Assembly (NCBI GenBank): GCA_013388845.1
Contig: JACAEN010000026.1
Coordinates: 101,328-165,327 of the forward strand
Source of the DNA: Chloroflexota bacterium
GTDB lineage: Bacteria > Chloroflexota > Dehalococcoidia > GIF9 > AB-539-J10
DNA length: 64,000 bases
Direction: 5' to 3'
The position numbers and the translations under genes were made by a program. Shown here in pieces: positions 1 through 10,259 of this stretch (positions are counted from its first letter, which is position 1; each line of letters opens with the position of its first letter). The notes under the pieces were generated by a model. The model was not told where the DNA came from, searched no databases, and saw only the letters and a program-made list of their open reading frames with translations.

Positions 1-414
1 CTTGAGGTCGGGCCTGAAGTAGATTAAAAGCTTGACCGCTGAAGCTCCCATTCTCTTCACCTTTTTGACGCTCCAGCCGGGCAGAAGCTCAGTGATTCTG
101 GCCGTACTATCGCCACTGTACCCGGTTTTCTCCACGCTGACGAGGAGCCCCTTGATTCCTGATAAGACACCAGAGGCTATAGCCTGAGCAGCTCCATATT
201 CCGGGTCAAGCAATACGGCACTGGCAAATGGCGCTACCGCCTGACATAGGTCAAGCTTGAAATCGACCATATCCTGATAGCTCACCGCATCAGGGTTCTT
301 CTCATTCAGGGCTCGCTTAAGTGCCCCTCTGTGGTCAATGGCACACATTGTCATCATGCCCTTGGAATCAGCCAATTGCTGGAGCCCTCTTAGCTTGCCG
401 ATAGATATGTTCAT
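1..414 (-). CDS. lacD: Tagatose-1,6-bisphosphate aldolase family (LacD-like), N-terminal part; runs off the window
   Basis: Manual translation from ATG at 414: MNISIGKLRGLQQLADSKGMMTMCAIDHRGAL...ASAVLLDPEYG...GLLVSVEKTGY...GASAVKLLIYFRPD. AIDHRG, LLDPEYG and AVKLL motifs of LacD; SD-like GAGGTG upstream. Not in the ORF track. Confidence 0.85.
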   Translation of the reverse strand, partial: MNISIGKLRGLQQLADSKGMMTMCAIDHRGALKRALNEKNPDAVSYQDMVDFKLDLCQAVAPFASAVLLDPEYGAAQAIASGVLSGIKGLLVSVEKTGYSGDSTARITELLPGWSVKKVKRMGASAVKLLIYFRPDLK

Positions 415-423
415 CGCATCACC

Positions 424-830
424 TCATGGCCGACCATGTTTCTTCGTCTCCTGGAGGGCAAAGGCTGCAGCTCCGAGCACCCCTGAATTTCGACCCAGTT
501 CGGCAGAAGCAAAGCGCACAGCCTGGAAAGACTCCTTACATGCTCCCTCGCCAGCCACCTTGAAGGCTGGCTTGAGCAGCATATCACCGATGTTGGATAA
601 ACCACCACCAATAACTATCAACTCAGGGTTGAATATGTTTATTAAATTGGCTAGCCCCACTCCCACATAGTAGCCAGTCCGAGAAATAAGCTCTTTAGCT
701 AAACCATCACCTGGCTCAGCAGCACTATGAATGACCTGCGCCGTCACCTGTTCTACATCGCCATCTTGGATCATGCTCATCTTCCCAGCTTGGAGACCTG
801 TCCCAATGGCGATAATCGGTTTTGTTACAA
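424..830 (-). pseudogene. ROK-family sugar kinase/repressor remnant (C-terminal third only)
   Basis: ORF 424..780 has ROK C-terminal motifs (GLANLINIFNPELIVIGGG, LGRNSGVLGAA). In-frame upstream residues KPIIAIGTG resemble a ROK N-terminal strand; the central EIGH/CxCGxxGC region is absent. Confidence 0.7.
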
Positions 831-1056
831 TTCACTATCATTGTATACCAGGGTAGATAATTAAAGAAGACAGGGCGTCATTATTTACGATCTATTCCCT
901 AAATTAATCCGCAATTTTCCCTCCTGCTATCAAGGAGGGCAACCGAGCCGTTTTGGACCAAATTCGTCGAAAATTCTGGGACTCCGCTTAAATCCAGACA
1001 TTGATTTATTACAGTTATTGATAGTATACTTTCATCACACACAGGGGAGGTATTCG

Positions 1057-2190
1057 ATGAAGTTATCTTGTCTTCAAGAAAATTTGAGCAAGGGGCTAAG
1101 CATTGTAGGAAGAGCTGTAGCTACTAGGTCCACTTTACCTATCACCCAAAATATCCTTTTGTCCGCCGAGCAATCGCGTCTCAAATTGGCCGCCACCAAC
1201 CTGGAAATGGCGACCACGTGCTGGATTGACGCTAAAGTGAAACAAAAAGGAGAAATAACGGTGCCCGCTCGCTTGCTCATCGACTTTGTTAATTCCTTGC
1301 CCAACGACTTAATTGAAATCAATCTTCCCGCTAATAGCCGCATCTTGGAGCTTAAGAGTGGCCATTTCCAAGCCCATATTCACGGCATCGATGCTGCGGA
1401 TTTCCCACCTATCCCTCAGATAAGTGATGGCCTAACTACCACCGTTGTGGCAGACAGCCTCAGGGAAGGAATTACACAGGTCGCTTTTGCCGCTGCCACT
1501 GAAGAATCGCGCCCGGTATTGACCGGAATTAACACTGAGTTCGATGGCATGCAACTCAACTTGGTGGCTGCCGATGGTTTCAGGCTCGCTGTCTACAAGA
1601 CAACTCTTAACTCGCCGGTCAGCGAGAAAGCTACGGTTATCATCCCAGCGAGAACCCTCAATGAACTGAATCGCCTTCTTAGCGAGCAGGAGGAACCCGT
1701 AGAAATCACTGTAAACGAAAAAAAGAGCCAGGTCCTCTTCCGTCTCAAGGATGCCGAGCTGGTTTCTCAGCTCATTCAAGGTTCCTTCCCCAATTATTCC
1801 CAAGTTATCCCTCAAAGCTATACCACGCGAGCTGTAGTGGACATTAATGAATTTCTGCGGGTTACTAAAATGTCCTCCATATTTGCTCGCGATGCCAGTG
1901 GCATAGTTCGCCTGGTCATCACCCCGGGCTCTGAACTAACTCCAGGAAAGGTAACTGTTTCAGCTCAGGCTGAGGAAGTTGGAGGCAATGTTGGTGAAAT
2001 TGACGCTCTCATTGACGGAGAAGAGGCGAAAATCGCCTTCAATGTAAAATATCTTTCCGATGTTCTATCTGTTCTGCCCCAAGCCCAAGTCGCTCTGGAA
2101 CTCACTACCCCCTCAAGCCCGGGCGTCATCCGCCCTATAGGCGTAGATAATTATGTTCATGTGGTCATGCCCATGTTTGTCCAGTGGTAA
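1057..2190 (+). CDS. dnaN: DNA polymerase III beta sliding clamp
   Basis: LAATNLE, RPVLTGI, AADGFRLA, FPNY, FNVKYL and VVMPM motifs; start moved to ATG 1057 after SD GGGGAGG. Confidence 0.97.
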   Translation: MKLSCLQENLSKGLSIVGRAVATRSTLPITQNILLSAEQSRLKLAATNLEMATTCWIDAKVKQKGEITVPARLLIDFVNSLPNDLIEINLPANSRILELKSGHFQAHIHGIDAADFPPIPQISDGLTTTVVADSLREGITQVAFAAATEESRPVLTGINTEFDGMQLNLVAADGFRLAVYKTTLNSPVSEKATVIIPARTLNELNRLLSEQEEPVEITVNEKKSQVLFRLKDAELVSQLIQGSFPNYSQVIPQSYTTRAVVDINEFLRVTKMSSIFARDASGIVRLVITPGSELTPGKVTVSAQAEEVGGNVGEIDALIDGEEAKIAFNVKYLSDVLSVLPQAQVALELTTPSSPGVIRPIGVDNYVHVVMPMFVQW

Positions 2191-2236
2191 TTTGTTTGGT
2201 ATTCAACCGAAAACCTAAGTTACAAGAGCGATTAAG

Positions 2237-2326
2237 CTAAGGCAAGCCCAGAAACACTATCACTAAGCCGGCGACTATCATTGCCACACCCAAAGCCAAT
2301 AAACCAATCAATAACTTCCTATTCAA
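2237..2326 (-). CDS. Putative 29-aa single-transmembrane small protein
   Basis: TTG start with AAAGGA upstream; MNRKLLIGLLALGVAMIVAGLVIVFLGLP*, a basic N-terminus followed by an uninterrupted hydrophobic stretch. Confidence 0.5.
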   Translation of the reverse strand: MNRKLLIGLLALGVAMIVAGLVIVFLGLP

Positions 2327-2438
2327 ACATAAGATCCTTTTCAAGTAGATGGCTTGTATAATACTAGAACGCCAAACAAAAAGAAAGGACTGGTGCTGTA
2401 CTTAATAGCTAAGCATTATGCATACAGCATGGTGAGTG

Positions 2439-3794
2439 CTATTCCGCGATGGGGAGAGTGAATGAAAAACGGCTTCCCCTTCCCAATTCGCTCTGGACTG
2501 TGATTTTTCCGCCGTGGGCTTCCACTAGGCGCTTGGCAATTGTAAGGCCAAGGCCGCTGCCCCCGGTGGCTCTGGCACGGGACTTGTCTACTCTGTAGAA
2601 GCGCTCAAAGATATTAGGCAGATCCTCAGCAGGAATGCCTTCGCCAGTATCAGATACGGAAACCTCCACCCAATCACCCCGTGTCATAGCAGCCACGGTG
2701 ATATTGCCTCCCTTGGGAGTGTAAGTGACGGCATTCTCTAAAAGGTTATACAGCACCTGGTTGACCCGTTGGCGGTCAATGTTAACCAGTGGCAGATTAT
2801 GAGGCAGGTCAAGGGACAGCAATATCTCCTTTGCTGTCATCTTGGGCTGCCAGGAAATTGCCGCCTGCTTGATTAACTTGCCGATGTTTTCCTCCCGGCA
2901 AGCGAGCTTTAGTTTGCCAGCTTCGGCGAGACTTAGCTCCTGGAGCTCATCAACCAGTCGTGACAGCAGGCCCACCTCTTCATTGAGGGAGTGAATAGTG
3001 GCGGCATTTGGCTTCATTACCCGATCACGAATTGCTTCAAGATAGCCTTTAATATTGGAAAGAGGTGTCCGCAGTTCGTGAGCGACATCGGCAACCAGAT
3101 TCCGCCGTAACTGCTCGGCGCGTTCCAAGTCAGCGGCCATAGAGTTAAAAGCTTGTGCCAGCATCCCAACTTCGCCTTTGCCCCGAATTTGAACCCTTTG
3201 GGACAAATCTCCTCGTCCCAATCGCTTGGCAGCCTCCGCGAGCACACCGATGGGCGACGATATCCTCCGCGATAAGACGAGAGTCAATAGAAAAGCAAGT
3301 ACGACCGCCAGCACGCTTCCCAGAATAAGCGAACGCCTCACCGACGCCGACAGTCTTCGGAACGGAGCAATATATAGCTCTGCCCTTGGGTCAGGAGTGA
3401 TGTATACTGTTCCTATGGTCGTCACTGGTAGGCCCCAGAAGCTCCAGGACAGCTCAATAGGATTGTCTGATGAGTCAGTGTAGTTCATCCCTACAAGTTT
3501 TTTCTGTGAATCGGCTATGACCGTCCCGTTGACAGCGACCAATATAATGTGTGTCCCAGAGACAAGCGCCGCACCTTCGACTACGGACTGGACATCTCCC
3601 CATTGCAGTCCTTGTTTCCAATAATGGTAATATAGCATAGACAATATCTGCTGATCACGATACTGCGCACTTGTTTGCTCCTGACGTTCCATTTCGGTAG
3701 CAATACGTTCACTAACGAAGAAATATATAGTGCCGACAGTCACCGCTACTACCGCCACGAAAGCCATCAAGAGACGAAACCACAACTTATGCAT
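2439..3794 (-). CDS. Membrane sensor histidine kinase (HAMP-HisKA-HATPase, BaeS-like)
   Basis: Two TM segments, [13 protein letters not shown]-box, NLLENA, DTGEGI, FERFYR, GGSGLGL. Confidence 0.95.
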   Translation of the reverse strand: MHKLWFRLLMAFVAVVAVTVGTIYFFVSERIATEMERQEQTSAQYRDQQILSMLYYHYWKQGLQWGDVQSVVEGAALVSGTHIILVAVNGTVIADSQKKLVGMNYTDSSDNPIELSWSFWGLPVTTIGTVYITPDPRAELYIAPFRRLSASVRRSLILGSVLAVVLAFLLTLVLSRRISSPIGVLAEAAKRLGRGDLSQRVQIRGKGEVGMLAQAFNSMAADLERAEQLRRNLVADVAHELRTPLSNIKGYLEAIRDRVMKPNAATIHSLNEEVGLLSRLVDELQELSLAEAGKLKLACREENIGKLIKQAAISWQPKMTAKEILLSLDLPHNLPLVNIDRQRVNQVLYNLLENAVTYTPKGGNITVAAMTRGDWVEVSVSDTGEGIPAEDLPNIFERFYRVDKSRARATGGSGLGLTIAKRLVEAHGGKITVQSELGRGSRFSFTLPIAE

Positions 3795-3796
3795 TA

Positions 3797-4486
3797 CTAC
3801 TGTTCACCTCCCACAAACTTATAGCCGACTCCGTATACCGTCTTTATATACCTAGGGTGGCTGGGATCTGGCTCCAGCTTTCGGCGTATATTAAGAACGT
3901 GAACATCAATGGTGCGGTCGAAACCCTCAAAATCGTAGCCCAAAGCCTGTTCAATCAGGTCTGCCCGGGTGAAGACCCTACCCGGCTCCTTGACCAGAGT
4001 CCACAGTATCTTGAATTCAACACTGGTCAAATTCAGCGGTCTGCTAGCAAACCACGCTTCGTGCTTCGTAAAATCCATACTAAGTCCACCAACCTTAATC
4101 TCCTCAGGGCCTCGTTCTCCAGGAAGACGTCTTAGCACTGCTCGTATTCGAGCCACTAGTTCCTTAGGGCTAAAAGGCTTGGTCACATAGTCGTCGGCAC
4201 CTATGTCTAAGCCTGTCAACTTGTCTTGGTCAGTGGTCTTGGCAGTGAGCATGATGATTGGTACATCGGATTCGCATCGCAGTGTACGACAGACCTCAAG
4301 TCCATCGATGTCTGGCAGCATAAGGTCAAGAACAATGAGGTCGGGGCAGCCTTCTCGAGCCAGGCGCAGAGCCTCAATACCATCATACGCAGTTAGAACC
4401 TGATAATCGTCCCGTTCCAAGTAGAGCTTGACCAACTCCACAGTCTTTACATCGTCATCAACCACCAGAATCTTCTTGTCTGCCAT
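3797..4486 (-). CDS. OmpR/PhoB-family response regulator
   Basis: [39 protein letters not shown]. Confidence 0.96.
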   Translation of the reverse strand: MADKKILVVDDDVKTVELVKLYLERDDYQVLTAYDGIEALRLAREGCPDLIVLDLMLPDIDGLEVCRTLRCESDVPIIMLTAKTTDQDKLTGLDIGADDYVTKPFSPKELVARIRAVLRRLPGERGPEEIKVGGLSMDFTKHEAWFASRPLNLTSVEFKILWTLVKEPGRVFTRADLIEQALGYDFEGFDRTIDVHVLNIRRKLEPDPSHPRYIKTVYGVGYKFVGGEQ

Positions 4487-5013
4487 TGCCAGTCTCGTGG
4501 TGATTCTCCACGCCTCCCTAAATGTTATAACAGAAATGTTAAAAAATTAATATGTTGTGCTGGCTGACCACATGGGTTACACTGGACTACGGATCTTAGC
4601 AGGCTCCTTTTCAATATACCCCATAGGAGCAAGGTAGGCAAGAGATTGGTGCGGGCGGTTGAAGTTATCCCGACAGGTCGGGACAATGGGCTTTCTCCGA
4701 TTGGCATCGGAGCAAAAGCTGGCTGGCTTTCTTGGTAACTCCTTGTAGTAAGTCAGTAACACTACTAACCATAGCATGAGTGTTACCAATGTATCTCAGC
4801 CTCCGTATCCAGCGAGGCTCTACACTGTGTAGAGGAGCATTGATGTCTACTGGGGACAGATGCTCATGAGATTTGCGCCATCTCGAACTTAGCTCCACAC
4901 AATTCAACGAAGAACTGAGAGACACTTGATAGTATGTGCGAGTAATATACGCCTGTAGACACAGTGTTGTGTTTTGCATCGGACATCCGACCAGTAAGAG
5001 CCGTTGGACAAGC

Positions 5014-5103
5014 TAGGACTAAAGTAATAGAACAATAGGACTAAAGTAACATAATAAGTAGTACAAATGGGTAATTGACACTTTTCAAAGCAAGGGTCAT
5101 AGT
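5014..5103 (+). promoter_or_regulatory. 14-bp direct repeat (putative activator site) upstream of a sigma70-like promoter
   Basis: TAGGACTAAAGTAA at 5014-5027 and 5036-5049 (22-bp period), then TTGACA 5075-5080, 17 bp, CATAGT 5098-5103. Confidence 0.55.
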
Positions 5104-5168
5104 GATTGTATGGTATGGCATAACAGACTAAGATTTTTGGAAAACTAGACTGTTACTGAGCCTGAATA

Positions 5169-7709
5169 ATGTATAGGAGGTGGTCTACGAGCAAGTCAAG
5201 ATTTTTGATAGCCTTGGGTGTTATCTTTGCTATGGTGCTGCCATCTTTGATTGTGCTTATACCGGCGAACACTGCCCAGGCTCAGCTTGCTAATACTCCG
5301 TGGCCTATGTTCGGCTGGAATCTGCAGCACACCAGCAGAAGCCCTTACACGGGTCCTGAGGTACCGGTACTGAAGTGGAGCTTCACCACAGAGGGGACCA
5401 TCACTTCTTCCCCCGCCATAGGAGCTGATGGCACTATCTACGTGGGCTCTTCCGATAATAAGCTCTATGCTATAAACCCCGACGGCACCCTGAAGTGGAG
5501 CTATGACACCTTCAGGGATGTAGAGTCTTCCCCAGCCATAGGTACTGATGGCACTATCTATGTGGGCTGCAATTATATGTGGATCTATGCCATAAACCCG
5601 GATGGCACCTTCAAGTGGAAATATGAGGCAAGTGGTGCTGTCTTATCTTCCCCTGCTATAGGGGGTGATGGCACCATCTATGTGGGCTCTAATGATAAGG
5701 ATCTCTATGCCATAAACCCCGGCGGCAGCTTAAAGTGGAACTTCACTACAGGTGGCGCTATCGTATCCTCCCCTGCTATAGGTGTTGATGGCACCATCTA
5801 TGTGGGCTCTAACGATGGTAAGCTCTACGCTATAAACCCCACCAATCACAGCAACCCGAAGTGGAGTTTCGCTACCGGGGGCGCACTCCAGTCTTCCCCT
5901 GCTATAGGAGCCGATGGCACCATCTATGTCGGCTCTTTTGATAACAATCTCTATGCAGTAACCTCCAATGGTACCTTGAAGTGGAGTTTCACCACGGGCG
6001 GTGCTGTCAAGTCATCTCCGGCTATAGGAGCTGATGGCACTATTTATGTGGGCTCTAATGATAAGAAACTCTATGCTATAACACCCGACGGCACTTTGAA
6101 ATGGAGCTTGCCGACGGGTGGCGCGGTCGAGTCCTCCCCGGCCATAGGAGCCGATGGCACTATTTATGTAGGCTCTGATGATAGTAAGCTCTATGCCGTA
6201 AGCCTCGATGGCACCCTGAAGTGGAGCTTAATCACAGGGGGTGCTGTGAAGTCTTCTCCGGCTATAGGGGCTGATGGCACCATCTATGTGGGCTCTGATG
6301 ATAACAAGCTCTATGCCATTACGGAGGGTCCTTGGCCCAAGTTTCGCCAGAACCCGCAAAATAGGGGCAGAAGTTCTTACACCGGTCCTACGGTACCGCA
6401 ACTGAAGTGGAGCTTGCTCACTGAAGGTTGTGTCGAATCCTCCCCTGCCATAGGGGCTAATAGCACCATCTATGTGGGCTCTAATGATAATAAGCTCTAC
6501 GCCATAAACCCCGATGGCACTTTGGAATGGAGCTTCGCCACAGGTGGCGCCGTCAAGTCTTCTCCGGCTATAGGAGCTGATGGCACCATCTACGTGGGCT
6601 CTAATGATGGCAAGCTCTATGCTATAAGATCCGACGGTACTCTGAAGTGGAGCTTCGCCACAGGAGGTGCTGTCGGCTCCTCCCCTGCCATAGGGGCTAA
6701 TAGCACCATCTATGTGGGCTCTAATGATAATAAGCTCTACGCCATAAACCCCGACGGCACACTGAAGTGGAGATATACCACAAGTGGCGCTGTCAGTTCC
6801 TCCCCTGCCGTAGGAGCCAATGGCACCATCTATGTCGGCTCCTCTGATAATAAGCTCTACGCCATAACCCCCGCTGGCACTTTGGAGTGGAGCTACGCCA
6901 CAGAGGGTGCTGTCGTCTCTTCCCCCGCTATAGCGGCTGATAGCACTATCTATGTTGGCTCCTGTGATAAGAAGCTGTACGCCATGAACCCCGATGGCAC
7001 TCTGAAATGGAGATACGCCACAGAGGGTGCTGTCGTCTCTTCCCCAGCCATAGGAGCTGATGGCACCATCTATGTGGGCTCCTCTGACGATAGACTCTAC
7101 GCCATAAAGCCCGGTGGTGCTCTGAAATGGAGATACGGCACAAAGGGCGATATCGAGTCTTCCCCCGCTATAGGAGCTGATGGCACCCTCTATGTTGGCT
7201 CTACTGATAAGAAGCTCTATGCCATAGCCTCCGGTGGCACCCTGAACTGGAGCTTCGTCACCGGCGGCCAGGTCCGCTCTTCCCCCGCTATAGGAGCTGA
7301 TGGCACCATCTATGTTGGCTCTTCTGATAATAAGCTCTGTGCAATTGTGGAAGGAGAGGCTAACTCGCCGTGCTTCATCGCCACCGCAGCCTACGGCACC
7401 CCCATGGCCGAGGAAATACAAATCCTACGTGAGTTCCGAGATGAATATCTGCTGACCAACCCTGCAGGGCAAGCTCTAGTCGACATTTATTACAAGGTTA
7501 GCCCACCGATCGCCCAGTTCATAACAGGGCATCCCAGCCTGAAGCCAATGGTGAGGGCTGGGCTGGTGCCGGCTGTAGTCATGAGCACCGTAGCCGTCAA
7601 CACTACTCCGGCTGAAAAAATAGCTATTGTGGGCTTGCTGGTGCTGGTTTGCGTGGCAGCGGTTGTTTGGGCAACAAGGTGGCAAAACAGAGGCCCAAAG
7701 TATACCTGA
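5169..7709 (+). CDS. Secreted PQQ-repeat double beta-propeller surface protein with CFI-box C-terminal domain
   Basis: Signal peptide (AQA); 2 x 8 repeats of SSPAIGADGTIYVGSxDxKLYAIxPDGTLKW, each block preceded by WPxFxxNxQxxxRSxYTGP; C-terminal CFIATAAYGT...LREFRD domain, TM helix and basic tail. Confidence 0.88.
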   Translation: MYRRWSTSKSRFLIALGVIFAMVLPSLIVLIPANTAQAQLANTPWPMFGWNLQHTSRSPYTGPEVPVLKWSFTTEGTITSSPAIGADGTIYVGSSDNKLYAINPDGTLKWSYDTFRDVESSPAIGTDGTIYVGCNYMWIYAINPDGTFKWKYEASGAVLSSPAIGGDGTIYVGSNDKDLYAINPGGSLKWNFTTGGAIVSSPAIGVDGTIYVGSNDGKLYAINPTNHSNPKWSFATGGALQSSPAIGADGTIYVGSFDNNLYAVTSNGTLKWSFTTGGAVKSSPAIGADGTIYVGSNDKKLYAITPDGTLKWSLPTGGAVESSPAIGADGTIYVGSDDSKLYAVSLDGTLKWSLITGGAVKSSPAIGADGTIYVGSDDNKLYAITEGPWPKFRQNPQNRGRSSYTGPTVPQLKWSLLTEGCVESSPAIGANSTIYVGSNDNKLYAINPDGTLEWSFATGGAVKSSPAIGADGTIYVGSNDGKLYAIRSDGTLKWSFATGGAVGSSPAIGANSTIYVGSNDNKLYAINPDGTLKWRYTTSGAVSSSPAVGANGTIYVGSSDNKLYAITPAGTLEWSYATEGAVVSSPAIAADSTIYVGSCDKKLYAMNPDGTLKWRYATEGAVVSSPAIGADGTIYVGSSDDRLYAIKPGGALKWRYGTKGDIESSPAIGADGTLYVGSTDKKLYAIASGGTLNWSFVTGGQVRSSPAIGADGTIYVGSSDNKLCAIVEGEANSPCFIATAAYGTPMAEEIQILREFRDEYLLTNPAGQALVDIYYKVSPPIAQFITGHPSLKPMVRAGLVPAVVMSTVAVNTTPAEKIAIVGLLVLVCVAAVVWATRWQNRGPKYT

Positions 7710-7926
7710 TGGCAAAGTTTGCGCATCAGCCTGCTGTAATACCTCTGGCAATGCTTTTTTGGCATAATAATCTTCTTTTTTCCTCTGAGACTACTCAATT
7801 GTCGTCACCCTGGAATGCGAGTTTGAAGGCGAAAAAGCATACGGGTGGGGAGACACTCAATCGCCCGCCGCAATAAAACAAGAGATCAGGCTAAAAAACC
7901 CCGATACTGTGCTAAAATTTCAATTG

Positions 7927-8562
7927 ATGCCAGACATACATTATGTTATCCGTCCTATGAAGTACGAGGATATTCCCCAGGTAGTCCAGATTGATCGAGA
8001 GGCTTTCCCTGGTGAGTGGGTGTTTCGCTCTCAATCAGCCTATAAGCAGGACTTGGACAACCCGTCCGTTCGCTACATAGTAGCTTATAAGAGGAGAGGT
8101 GTCCCAGAATCTGGGGAAGAAGCGACGTGGAAACTGCCTTGGTTCAAGCGGCTCTTCAGTGGTGAGCGCCGTCTTAACGTATTGGAAAACATAGTTGGTT
8201 TTTCGGGATTCTGGATGATGTTGCAAGAGGCACATATCATTGCCATTGGCGTCAGAAACAGTTATCGTCAGCTGGGCATAGGAGAAGGTTTGCTCATCGC
8301 AACCATTGAACTGGCACAGATATTGAATGCTAATGTCGTTACTCTGGAAGTGCGTGCTTCTAATAGAATAGCTCAGGAACTTTATAAGAAGTATGGCTTC
8401 CAGGTAATGGGGAGGCGCCTGAGGTATTATTCAAGCGATGGAGAGGACGCCATAATCATGAGCACGGATAATATTATCTCTTTGCCATTTCAAGCATCTT
8501 TTCAGCAGTTGAAAAAAGCCCACGCTCAAGGACACCCCGAGATTCTTTATCAGGTCTGCTAA
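7927..8562 (+). CDS. rimI: Ribosomal-protein-alanine N-acetyltransferase (GNAT)
   Basis: EAHIIAIGV, RQLGIG, TLEVRASNRIAQELYKKYGF, RYYSSDGEDAIIM. Confidence 0.85.
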   Translation: MPDIHYVIRPMKYEDIPQVVQIDREAFPGEWVFRSQSAYKQDLDNPSVRYIVAYKRRGVPESGEEATWKLPWFKRLFSGERRLNVLENIVGFSGFWMMLQEAHIIAIGVRNSYRQLGIGEGLLIATIELAQILNANVVTLEVRASNRIAQELYKKYGFQVMGRRLRYYSSDGEDAIIMSTDNIISLPFQASFQQLKKAHAQGHPEILYQVC

Positions 8563-9662
8563 CTATATTTATTCAGGATAGCCTTAAAGGAATCTATAAC
8601 AAACGCTAGCTGCTCCTTATCAGCGGCAAAGGTGGACAGTTTGAAAGACCGGGCTAAGCCTGGCTGTGGTCCCCAAATTCCTCTTTCCTTTAGTTCTTTG
8701 TAGAGGAAATAGCCCCTCTCTCGAACCCGCTGGGATATTTCGTAGAGCACCGGGGCTTCAAAGTGCAGTAAGTCATGCCTGTGCGGCTTTTCTCCCAATT
8801 GCTTAAAGCCTAATTTCTCAAGTTCCGTGGAAAACCACTGCGCTTTAGATACCTGCTCCTCCCAATGCTGAACTCTTTCTTTTACCTGGGGAAAGGAAGC
8901 CATGAGTGTTATCAGAGGAACACCCCTTACGGTACAGCCAAGGAGTTCAATCTCTTTATTGCTATGTTTGCCCGATTTTCTCAACACTATCTCCTCCCAT
9001 TTCTTCTTCATTCCCAGTACCCCCACAGGGCCGGCCGAGGCCATGCTTTTGTGGCCGCTGCCAATAATGAAATCAGCCCCTATCTCCTCCATATTTACAG
9101 GCATTCTGCCCACAGCGTATGCCCCGTTAAGGATGTAAGGGACATTGTGTTCTTGAGCGATTTCTCCTAACCTTCTGGCGTCGGGAAGATTCCCGTAGTT
9201 GCCGTCTGGGTAAGTTAATAAGATTAGTTTAGGGGCGTGTTTTTTGATGAGCGGTTCATATTCGTTAACGTCGACTCTAAATTCCGGATGTCCGGAATGA
9301 GGCACTTCGATTATGTTCAATCCCGCCCTTTCTGCAGCGACGACCGTTGTATAATGCCTGTTGGCATCAACAAGAATCGAATCCCCGGGCTTAGCTAGTG
9401 AGTGCATCACCATGAATTTAGCCTCTCGAGCTCCATGGGTTATAGTGGCAACTTCACAGCCCAAAAACTGAGGTAGGAGCTTCTGGACAAAGTCTCGGAT
9501 GGGGGGATTGGTTATATTACATAAAACTCCCTGGCAAAAGTCGCACACGGAATATCCATCCCCAAATTCCACTAAAGCCTCCTTGGCAGCCTCTGTAAGC
9601 ATGCCACCTGTCTGTAAAGGCATCAGGTTGATAAGCCCTTTATGTTCCCTTTGCAATGACAT
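8559..9662 (-). CDS. pscS: Sep-tRNA:Cys-tRNA synthase (SepCysS)
   Basis: INLMPLQTGG, GDGYSVCDFC (CxxC), THGAREAK, PDGNYGN, SGHKS (PLP lysine), LLGCTVRG; all three catalytic Cys present. Confidence 0.95.
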   Translation of the reverse strand: MSLQREHKGLINLMPLQTGGMLTEAAKEALVEFGDGYSVCDFCQGVLCNITNPPIRDFVQKLLPQFLGCEVATITHGAREAKFMVMHSLAKPGDSILVDANRHYTTVVAAERAGLNIIEVPHSGHPEFRVDVNEYEPLIKKHAPKLILLTYPDGNYGNLPDARRLGEIAQEHNVPYILNGAYAVGRMPVNMEEIGADFIIGSGHKSMASAGPVGVLGMKKKWEEIVLRKSGKHSNKEIELLGCTVRGVPLITLMASFPQVKERVQHWEEQVSKAQWFSTELEKLGFKQLGEKPHRHDLLHFEAPVLYEISQRVRERGYFLYKELKERGIWGPQPGLARSFKLSTFAADKEQLAFVIDSFKAILNKYS

Positions 9663-9876
9663 TATCCCAATTCCTGACCTTTATTACTTGAGGCAATCGC
9701 GAAATCCTAGGATCAGACTTGGCCAATTCTAACAAGAACTCGAACAAAAATCCAAATATTGAGTTCTGATTGTCAGTTGGCCATCAACAACGAGAAGACG
9801 CTTTCAGAGGTGTTTGAGTTCACCTAGTCAAACGAGGCATGTGATCTCACAAATTTAGGAGCACCGGGCTAGCGGG

Positions 9877-10212
9877 TCACTGTGTGAGTCTCATTATTAG
9901 AAGCGCTATTCCCAGATAAGTGACGATGCCGGTAATGAGCGAGCCCGCCAAGCCTATACGAGGCAGAAGAAACAATACAGCAACGACGTAGAGCACCCAC
10001 GGTGGCAATAGTATCAGCATACTTCTGGTATAAGAAACAGCAGCATCTGTTCCGCTAGCCAGATATATACTGCAGATAGTTACCACGCTAATAGCGGGGA
10101 AGAAGGCAATAAATGCCGCAAGCAAACTTTTTGCGTGACTTCCAAAATACGTTGCGGCGGAGACTACGGCTCCACCAATCACAAAATATACTGGCAACAT
10201 CTTGATGTCCAT
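9877..10212 (-). CDS. Small 4-TM membrane protein (DUF3147/GlpM-like)
   Basis: YFVIGGAVV...LAAFIAFFPAIS pattern; four hydrophobic segments. Confidence 0.6.
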   Translation of the reverse strand: MDIKMLPVYFVIGGAVVSAATYFGSHAKSLLAAFIAFFPAISVVTICSIYLASGTDAAVSYTRSMLILLPPWVLYVVAVLFLLPRIGLAGSLITGIVTYLGIALLIMRLTQ

Positions 10213-10259
10213 AGTGTTCCCTCACATTACAATATCTTGTTATCCTGGTATATTAGTAT

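Noticed and set aside
800..1056. Replication origin near dnaN
   Set aside because: No dnaA and no cluster of TTATCCACA boxes seen.
5400..7330. Regular ~120-bp DNA repeats as a CRISPR array or DGR
   Set aside because: In-frame coding repeats without unique spacers; no cas or reverse transcriptase gene.
6228..7421. 397-aa minus-strand ORF
   Set aside because: Antisense shadow of the repetitive propeller gene; no independent protein features.
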